IMG/VR virus record: IMGVR_UViG_2541047931_000010 | Length of the DNA stretch: 4,502 bases | Source of the DNA: a virus | Lineage: Duplodnaviria; Heunggongvirae; Uroviricota; Caudoviricetes | Direction: 5' to 3' (one strand) | Shown here: in pieces, positions 1-4,502 of the stretch | Layout of the letters: every line of letters begins with the position of its first letter | How positions within the stretch are numbered: the first letter of the stretch is position 1 | Notes under the pieces: generated by a model | What the model saw: the letters and a program-made list of their open reading frames with translations, nothing else | Told to the model about the DNA's origin: nothing | Database searches by the model: none | Position numbers and translations under genes: made by a program

Positions 1-558
1 ATGAATACAGCTATAACTTTTTCTAACGAGTCACCAAAAGTCTTTTTCAAAGATGGTCGCCTGGTTACCACCTCTCAAGCTGTTGCCGACTACTTCGATA
101 AACAACATAAACACGTTTTAGCTAAGATTGACACACTCGACTGCTCTCCCGAATTTACATCAGCCAACTTTTCGGCCGATGTTCAGACTGTCGAAATTGG
201 CAACGGCGCAGAACGTGAATCACGATGCTACCTGATCACAAAAGACGGCTTCATGTTCCTCGTAATGGGATTTACTGGCAAAAAAGCAGCCAGACTAAAA
301 GAAGCTTACATTGAAAAATTTAACGCAATGGAAGAAGAACTCCACAAACGTCCTCCTGCAGCACAAAACTCCCCCGACCCAAATAATGGATGCGCATTAC
401 TGATCCACTTCGATAAACACGGTCAGGTCGAGTTCACAGAAAAAGTCCCCGCCGATGCGATGGTATGCACGCTGGAACGGTTTAAATTTTATCTGGAGCA
501 ACATGGGTGGATCGTTGCCCGTAAAGAACAATTGGTGGAAAGGTTGATGCGGTTTTAA
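1..558 (+). CDS. Rha-family phage regulatory protein (antirepressor-like)
   Basis: 185-aa ORF starting at the ATG at position 1 and ending at TAA 556-558. The N-terminal segment GRLVTTSQAVADYFDKQHKHVLAKID fits the Rha-domain signature as I remember it (v.TsSr.iAe.fgKrH.nVLr.I). A GC hairpin plus T-run follows directly. The ORF may continue upstream of the window. Confidence 0.75.
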   Translation: MNTAITFSNESPKVFFKDGRLVTTSQAVADYFDKQHKHVLAKIDTLDCSPEFTSANFSADVQTVEIGNGAERESRCYLITKDGFMFLVMGFTGKKAARLKEAYIEKFNAMEEELHKRPPAAQNSPDPNNGCALLIHFDKHGQVEFTEKVPADAMVCTLERFKFYLEQHGWIVARKEQLVERLMRF

Positions 559-565
559 TGAATGC

Positions 566-598
566 AAAACCCCGGATGATCACCGGGGTTAATTTTAT
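566..598. terminator. Probable bidirectional rho-independent terminator between convergent genes
   Basis: 8-bp GC-rich stem aaccccgg (568-575) / ccggggtt (583-590) with 7-nt loop atgatca. It is followed by aattttat on the plus strand and preceded by gcaaaa, which gives a U-run on the minus strand. It starts 8 nt after the Rha stop. Confidence 0.55.
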
Positions 599-684
599 CG
601 AGCGTGATTGCCGCTAATCGCCATCGCTCTGATTGAGCGTAAATCATTCAGGTTATTCAGTTCTTCCTTCTGCTCTCGCTGACG

Positions 685-855
685 TCAATAAATCCCATCA
701 TTGCGATCAACCTCATCCTTAACCATTGATGCGAGCAGTTCTTCCAGTTTCTGCGCTGACAGCTTTACCTGGTGATCTTCAGCATCTTCCCGGGCTATTG
801 TGGTTCGCGCAGTGGCTGATTTTGCTGACATCACCTCAGGGGGCAGACGGACCAT
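685..855 (-). CDS. Small hypothetical protein (about 56 aa), doubtful
   Basis: Taken from the 685..966 minus-strand ORF in the track, using the internal ATG at 853-855 (MVRLPPEVMSAKSAT...NDGIY). GGAGG lies 10 nt upstream. The longer form starts at a TTG inside the hairpin and tfa stop region and is not credible. No recognisable motif, so this may be a spurious ORF. Confidence 0.3.
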   Translation of the reverse strand: MVRLPPEVMSAKSATARTTIAREDAEDHQVKLSAQKLEELLASMVKDEVDRNDGIY

Positions 856-919
856 TGAACCATGGCCTCCGGAACAAATAAGGGCAAAAATAACAACCAC
901 TATCGAAAGCTCACAAACT

Positions 920-1089
920 AACCGCAGCACGTTCCTGCATACGACGTGTCTGCGGCATAATCCCAATGATTACTCCCTGACAGGATTTGCAGGCCACTCA
1001 ATATCAGGTGCAGTTGATGTATCAACACGATTCAACAATACCCGATATTTATTCCATGCCTCCAGCAACGATCTTTCTTCCTCCGTTGC
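920..1089. repeat. Direct repeat copy 1 (hairpin plus 3' end of tfa)
   Basis: About 170 bp matching 1970..2138 in the same orientation, roughly 85-90% identical by eye, with one 1-nt indel in the hairpin arm. On the minus strand it encodes the conserved Tfa C-terminus. Confidence 0.85.
922..955 (-). terminator. Hairpin directly downstream of tfa fragment copy 1 (terminator-like)
   Basis: Arms ccgcagcacg (922-931) and cgtgtctgcgg (945-955) pair with a 1-nt bulge. It lies 14 nt beyond the tfa stop on the minus strand and is followed on that strand by a U-rich stretch (uuaguuugug). No clean U-tract, so terminator function is uncertain. Confidence 0.35.
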
Positions 1090-1203
1090 GATTTCCAGAT
1101 CTACAGCATCCTGCAGTGGCGCAATATACTCACTGAATTCCTGGATGTAGAACTGTGTGGTGACGGTCTTCCAGCCATTCGGCTCCTGCTGTATCGAAGC
1201 ATA
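970..1203 (-). pseudogene. Tail-fibre assembly protein (Tfa) 3' fragment, C-terminal ~77 codons, no start codon
   Basis: Minus-strand translation gives [77 protein letters not shown]. This matches the conserved lambda/Mu-type Tfa C-terminus (...[43 protein letters not shown]...) as I recall it. The frame is closed upstream by TAG (1204-1206) and contains no ATG or GTG. Confidence 0.7.
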
Positions 1204-1224
1204 CTAGGCTATTTCAATATCGCT

Positions 1225-1239
1225 ATGCTGCGGCAGCAT
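1225..1239. other. 15-bp perfect palindrome atgctgcggcagcat
   Basis: A 7-1-7 perfect inverted repeat read directly from the sequence. It shares the 10-mer tgctgcggca with the hairpin arm at 1997-2006. It sits at the truncation point of tfa copy 1, just upstream of the candidate methyltransferase promoter. Confidence 0.5.
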
Positions 1240-1247
1240 TTAACCCC

Positions 1248-1295
1248 TTGTAATTCATCGCCATAATTGATTTAATTCACAAATAAAACTATAAC
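1248..1295 (+). promoter_or_regulatory. Candidate sigma70 promoter(s) for the methyltransferase gene
   Basis: AT-rich leader with two possible arrangements: TTGTAA (1248-1253), 17-bp spacer, TTTAAT (1271-1276); or TTGATT (1267-1272), 17-bp spacer, TATAAC (1290-1295). Judged by eye against consensus only. Confidence 0.3.
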
Positions 1296-1964
1296 ATGGT
1301 GAAATCAATGAAAAAAAACACAGATGATGGGGCTAAAATTTACACACCACTTACCCTAAAGCTTTATGACTGGTGGGTTTTGGGAGTATCAAATCGGCTT
1401 GCATGGGGATGTCCTACAAAGGAACACCTTCTTCCACACTTTCTGGAACATTTAGGTAACAACCATCTGGATATTGGTGTTGGAACTGGGTTTTACCTTA
1501 CTCACGTACCTGAGAGTAGTCTGATATCTTTAATGGATTTGAACGAAGCTAGCCTGAACGCGGCATCTACAAGGGCTGGGGAATCAAAAATTAAACATAA
1601 AATTAGCCATGATGTTTTTGAACCTTATCCCGCGGCGTTACATGGTCAATTTGATTCCATTTCCATGTTTTACCTTCTTCACTGCCTGCCTGGAAATATA
1701 TCTACAAAAAGCTGTGTAATACGCAATGCGGCGCAGGCCTTAACTGACGATGGAACTCTATACGGAGCCACAATTCTTGGCGATGGAGTTGTGCACAATA
1801 GCTTCGGTCAAAAACTGATGCGCATTTACAATCAGAAAGGCATCTTTTCAAACACAAAAGATTCCGAAGAAGGCTTAACACATATACTCTCAGAGCATTT
1901 CGAGAATGTTAAAACCAAGGTTCAAGGTACTGTAGTAATGTTTTCCGCTTCAGGGAAAAAATAG
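1296..1964 (+). CDS. ybcY: Class I SAM-dependent methyltransferase (Rossmann fold, not a DNA methyltransferase), probable prophage cargo gene
   Basis: 222-aa ORF. Motif I LDIGVGTG, acidic post-I residue (LMDLNE), motif II FDSISMFYLLHCL and motif III LTDDGTLYG. No DPPY/NPPY or PCQ/ENV motifs. GC is clearly lower than the flanks (about 36% in the first 66 nt). The start may instead be the ATG at 1308, which has GGTGA 5 nt upstream. The gene symbol is tentative: it rests only on remembered synteny with DLP12 tfaD-ybcY-tfaX, not on sequence comparison. Confidence 0.72.
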   Translation: MVKSMKKNTDDGAKIYTPLTLKLYDWWVLGVSNRLAWGCPTKEHLLPHFLEHLGNNHLDIGVGTGFYLTHVPESSLISLMDLNEASLNAASTRAGESKIKHKISHDVFEPYPAALHGQFDSISMFYLLHCLPGNISTKSCVIRNAAQALTDDGTLYGATILGDGVVHNSFGQKLMRIYNQKGIFSNTKDSEEGLTHILSEHFENVKTKVQGTVVMFSASGKK

Positions 1965-1969
1965 CATCC

Positions 1970-2138
1970 AACCGCAGCACGTTCTTGCTTAAGACGTGCT
2001 GCGGCATAATCCCAATGATTACTCCCTGACAGGGTTCGTAGGCCACTCAATATCAGGTGCAGTTGATGTATCAACACGGTTCAGCAACACCCGATACTTC
2101 TTCCAGGCTTCCAGCAACGGAGTTTCTTCCTCCGTTGC
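1970..2138. repeat. Direct repeat copy 2 (hairpin plus 3' end of tfa)
   Basis: Matches 920..1089 in the same orientation. Similarity fades by about 2147, where the membrane-protein gene ends. Confidence 0.85.
1972..2004 (-). terminator. Hairpin directly downstream of tfa fragment copy 2 (terminator-like)
   Basis: Perfect 11-bp stem ccgcagcacgt (1972-1982) / acgtgctgcgg (1994-2004) with an 11-nt loop. It lies 14 nt beyond the tfa stop on the minus strand, and a U6 run follows about 10 nt later on that strand. On the plus strand it starts 8 nt after the methyltransferase stop but has no U-tract. Confidence 0.4.
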
Positions 2139-2147
2139 ATATACAGC
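2019..2147 (-). pseudogene. Tail-fibre assembly protein (Tfa) 3' fragment, about 42 codons, no start codon
   Basis: Minus-strand translation [42 protein letters not shown] is the conserved Tfa C-terminus. The frame is closed upstream by TGA at 2148-2150 and has no start codon. Confidence 0.68.
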
Positions 2148-2157
2148 TCACCTTTTT

Positions 2158-2451
2158 TCACCCACGATTAACCAACAGCCAGACCAGCAGACACGCCACC
2201 ACCGGCACAGCAAAATCCATCAGGCTTGCCACATCCCACGCGCGCGGATCAAAACCGCCCCACCACGGCATATTCATTCGCTTGCCATGCACGAACATTT
2301 CAATCCAGCGATATTCTGCCTGGGTGTGTTCACGCGCAATGAAGAACGTACAACCGGCTATCGCCCCGTAAGCCCAGTTTCCGGTAAAAAGACCAGCCAG
2401 TACCTGCACCGCCACGGCACAAAGCGCATGAAGTATCGACGTGATATCCAT
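2158..2451 (-). CDS. Small hypothetical membrane protein (97 aa, 2-3 predicted transmembrane segments)
   Basis: ATG at 2449-2451 with AAGGA about 6 nt upstream and only 9 nt after the stop of the preceding gene. Hydrophobic stretches at residues 5-38 and 74-94. Ends at TGA 2158-2160. No family recognised. Confidence 0.6.
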   Translation of the reverse strand: MDITSILHALCAVAVQVLAGLFTGNWAYGAIAGCTFFIAREHTQAEYRWIEMFVHGKRMNMPWWGGFDPRAWDVASLMDFAVPVVACLLVWLLVNRG

Positions 2452-2460
2452 CTGCTATCC

Positions 2461-2739
2461 TTAAAACCACTCCCTGAGCGGGCGCTCTGGTGTAACCACC
2501 CACTCACGGAACACGGAATCATCAAATCCATCGTCAAGAAGACGGATATTAACAAAGTACCCTTCGTTTCGCGTGTATTCTGGTTCTCCGTCATCAGAAA
2601 CATCTGTCTCCCTGAACGTAAAACCAATCTCATCAACCAGAACGGCATTCTGCAGCTCTTCGTCCTCTTCCCAGTTAAGTTTCCTGAGAAATGCCCTGAA
2701 ATCTGCTTTATCACTGAAACGCAACGTGAAATCTCTCAC
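2461..2739 (-). CDS. Small acidic hypothetical protein (92 aa), translationally coupled to the tail-fibre gene
   Basis: GTG start at 2737-2739 overlaps the tail-fibre TGA stop in a GTGA arrangement. A strong GGAGG sits 7 nt upstream. There are 24 Asp+Glu against 12 Arg+Lys and no internal Met. No family recognised. Confidence 0.62.
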   Translation of the reverse strand: MRDFTLRFSDKADFRAFLRKLNWEEDEELQNAVLVDEIGFTFRETDVSDDGEPEYTRNEGYFVNIRLLDDGFDDSVFREWVVTPERPLREWF

Positions 2740-4502
2740 TCCACAACCTCCCCAAGCTGCGCATCTGTTAGCTCTTTATGCCAGAGACGAAAATTCCTCA
2801 CATGCCCAAATAAATGGCGTAATCCTGCTGTAGTTTGTCCACCAATGCGAATGATTGCTGTACTCCGGATATATTCCCATGTGGTTTTTGTTTCGCTGGA
2901 TATACGCCCGTTACTTACTGCACATGTAGACTGATCTGACTTTACACGCATCCCCATAACCATTTTTTTCAACGATGCGTTTTCGTTAACACGCCTATTT
3001 GATCCACCAATATCGCAATAAGGAAATCCGTCTGGCCCATCTGCCGAAGATCCGAAGCCAAGAATAATAGCCGCTCCGGTTTGATGACCGCCGGTATCAA
3101 AAACACGTGGCGCTGCATTTGGCGTTTTATACCAGTTCTTATGTACCTCACAAAGAACCGTAAAAGGAAGATTATAAAGATTATTCTTAATCGGAACTGT
3201 AACCATATCGCTTGCGCGCGTCGCCGCCGTCGTTCCTGATATAATAAAAGATGATACACACGAACCATCCTCAACCTGAGGGGTGGCCAGATAAATATAG
3301 TCACCAGATTCAACGACACCACCTTTTTTTGGTGCGTATTGTATTGCAGAGGTTATGTAAGTTTCTTTACTTGCTTGAATCGTTGCCTCTACAAAAATCC
3401 AGCCCGTAGCTTCATCTTTGCTAACTCGTGCGGTGAGCCTGTCGGCAGCTACACCGGTGATTTCAACCAATAAAGACCGCGTATTAACAATGGCATATCC
3501 AAGATTAGATGAAGCGCTGCCATCGAAGGCTTCAAACCTGATCCTTAACAGGAGTTCCAAATCCGTTTTAAATCTGCACGATGTCGTCACACACTTATTA
3601 TCGCCTGATACATCGACAGCCCCCGAGGTTGAAACTACTGCCATATTAAGGGTTGTACTTTGCCCAATTAATGATTCATTACAAACAAACTTTCCATAAG
3701 TAAAACCAAAACTATCAGTTCCAACCTCAGCGACATTCATATTTGCAGATTTACCCCAAGAAGCTGGAGTTGCTGAATTCAACATGTAGTTGGTTCGCTG
3801 ACCTTCAATCAATAAACCTTCTTTTTCAAATCGTGGCTCATTAATTTCCGCCGTTTTCAGTTCGCCAGATTTGTTGATATATGTTGCCGTTGATGCGCGA
3901 CTGAAATTAACCTGTTTATCACTGGCAACCTGAACCACATTATCACCAATCATCACTTTTTTATAACCCGGAGAATAGCCCGTAATCATATCCAGCGAAT
4001 CATTAAAGGGTATCCACACATCCGGCAGCGGCTGTAAAACATATCTGTACGGCTCTGCTGTCTGGTTTGCGTATTCTCTGGCAGCATCTTCACTTGCTTT
4101 TGCTGCCGTCTGGCTTGCTGCCGATGCTTTCGCCGAGTTCGCCGCCGCTGTTTCGCTCACCTTTGCGTTGGCTTCACTGTCTTTGGCATTCGTCTCACTG
4201 GTTTTCGCTGCCGTCTGGCTGGATTTTGCGTTTTTTTCGCTGGCCTTTGTGGCTGTCTCGCTATTTTTCGCGCTGGTTTCTGATTTTTTGGCTGCTGTCG
4301 CGGAGTTTGCCGATGCAGTCTGCGAGGCCGCTGCCGCCTGTGCGCTGTTAGCTGCATTCGTTTCTGAGGTTTTCGCCGCATTCTTCGATGAGGCTGCTGC
4401 CGTTTCGGATTTCTTTGCCGCCGCTGCACTCTGTGATGACGCTCCGGCATGACGTGCCACTTCATTCACCATCAGCTCAAAACGGCGCAGTGCCTCCGGA
4501 CG
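2736..4502 (-). CDS. Phage side tail fibre protein (Stf-like), N-terminus lies beyond the window
   Basis: The frame is open to the window edge; 2736..4502 translates to 588 aa. The first residues RPEALRRFELMVNEVARHA resemble the lambdoid Stf anchor region (PEVLRRLELMVEEVAR, from memory). Ala/Ser/Thr-rich SETNA/KNA-type fibre repeats follow. The C-terminal part ends with ...RHLFGHVRNFRLWHKELTDAQL, which resembles the terminal motif of LamG/ConA-like lectin domains. Confidence 0.9.
   Translation of the reverse strand, partial: RPEALRRFELMVNEVARHAGASSQSAAAAKKSETAAASSKNAAKTSETNAANSAQAAAASQTASANSATAAKKSETSAKNSETATKASEKNAKSSQTAAKTSETNAKDSEANAKVSETAAANSAKASAASQTAAKASEDAAREYANQTAEPYRYVLQPLPDVWIPFNDSLDMITGYSPGYKKVMIGDNVVQVASDKQVNFSRASTATYINKSGELKTAEINEPRFEKEGLLIEGQRTNYMLNSATPASWGKSANMNVAEVGTDSFGFTYGKFVCNESLIGQSTTLNMAVVSTSGAVDVSGDNKCVTTSCRFKTDLELLLRIRFEAFDGSASSNLGYAIVNTRSLLVEITGVAADRLTARVSKDEATGWIFVEATIQASKETYITSAIQYAPKKGGVVESGDYIYLATPQVEDGSCVSSFIISGTTAATRASDMVTVPIKNNLYNLPFTVLCEVHKNWYKTPNAAPRVFDTGGHQTGAAIILGFGSSADGPDGFPYCDIGGSNRRVNENASLKKMVMGMRVKSDQSTCAVSNGRISSETKTTWEYIRSTAIIRIGGQTTAGLRHLFGHVRNFRLWHKELTDAQLGEVVE
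4098..4439 (-). repeat. Imperfect tandem repeats encoding the tail-fibre repeat region
   Basis: Repeated nucleotide units such as ttttgctgccgtctggcttgctgcc and ttttcgctgccgtctggctgg encode repeated A-K-x-S-E-T-N-A-type peptides. Every frame on both strands is open here, which explains the spurious ORFs in the track. Confidence 0.6.

Noticed and set aside
685-966. Full-length 93-aa minus-strand ORF as given in the track
   Set aside because: Its start is a TTG inside the tfa stop and hairpin region, and the first 37 residues are read through the terminator-like hairpin. Only the shorter form from the ATG at 855 was kept, at low confidence.
800-1150. Plus-strand 116-aa ORF
   Set aside because: It is antisense to the tfa 3' fragment and hairpin, whose minus-strand translation matches the conserved Tfa C-terminus. 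It has low-complexity composition and no ribosome-binding site.
1296-1964. DNA methyltransferase or restriction-modification system
   Set aside because: No DPPY/NPPY or PCQ/ENV catalytic motifs and no adjacent endonuclease-like ORF. The motifs fit a generic small-molecule or protein class I SAM methyltransferase.
920-2147. Invertible tail-fibre segment of the Gin/Pin/Cin type
   Set aside because: The repeats are direct, not inverted. No invertase gene is present in the window, and both tfa fragments are on the same strand.
2158-2451. Lipoprotein (Llp/Cor-like) reading of the 97-aa membrane protein
   Set aside because: An IAGC sequence resembles a lipobox, but it is at Cys34 after an N-terminus with no positive charge. 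That is atypical for a lipoprotein signal peptide, so the protein is reported only as a small membrane protein.
2358-2714. Minus-strand 118-aa ORF
   Set aside because: An alternative frame overlapping both small minus-strand genes. It has no ribosome-binding site and an Arg/Ser-rich low-complexity translation.
1996-2934. Plus-strand 312-aa ORF, plus the overlapping 2057..2371 and 2573..2833 plus-strand ORFs
   Set aside because: These run antisense across tfa copy 2, the membrane-protein gene, the acidic gene and the tail-fibre 3' end. Composition is odd (rich in His, Arg and Pro). The minus-strand genes have proper ribosome-binding sites and coupling.
2969-3699. Minus-strand 2969..3322 and plus-strand 3418..3699 ORFs
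   Set aside because: Both lie wholly inside the long tail-fibre reading frame, in other frames or antisense. They are shadow ORFs.
4067-4465. Three overlapping ORFs: plus 4067..4351, plus 4168..4452 and minus 4157..4465
   Set aside because: Artefacts of the GC-rich repetitive fibre-repeat region, where all frames are open. Their translations are low-complexity (poly-Arg/Gln/Pro or poly-Ala/Phe).
1-4502. CRISPR array, tRNA or rRNA genes, integrase or transposase
   Set aside because: No regularly spaced short repeats, no tRNA-like cloverleaf candidates noticed, and no ORFs with recombinase or transposase motifs.

Overview
This window looks like the tail-fibre end of a lambdoid prophage, of the kind found in Enterobacteriaceae. 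The minus strand carries a 5'-truncated side-tail-fibre gene (2736..4502), followed by two tightly linked small genes: an acidic 92-aa protein (2461..2739) and a 97-aa predicted membrane protein (2158..2451). Next come two start-less 3' fragments of a tail-fibre-assembly (tfa) gene (2019..2147 and 970..1203), each followed by a similar hairpin, forming a ~170-bp direct repeat. Between the two fragments, on the plus strand, sits an AT-rich gene for a class I SAM-dependent methyltransferase (1296..1964), which looks like horizontally acquired cargo. The arrangement recalls tfaD-ybcY-tfaX of E. coli K-12 prophage DLP12, but that is from memory and unverified. A Rha-family regulator gene (1..558, plus strand) ends at a bidirectional terminator hairpin. 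The best candidates for undescribed biology are the acidic/membrane gene pair after the tail fibre and the methyltransferase cargo gene. No rRNA, tRNA, CRISPR array, integrase or transposase was seen.
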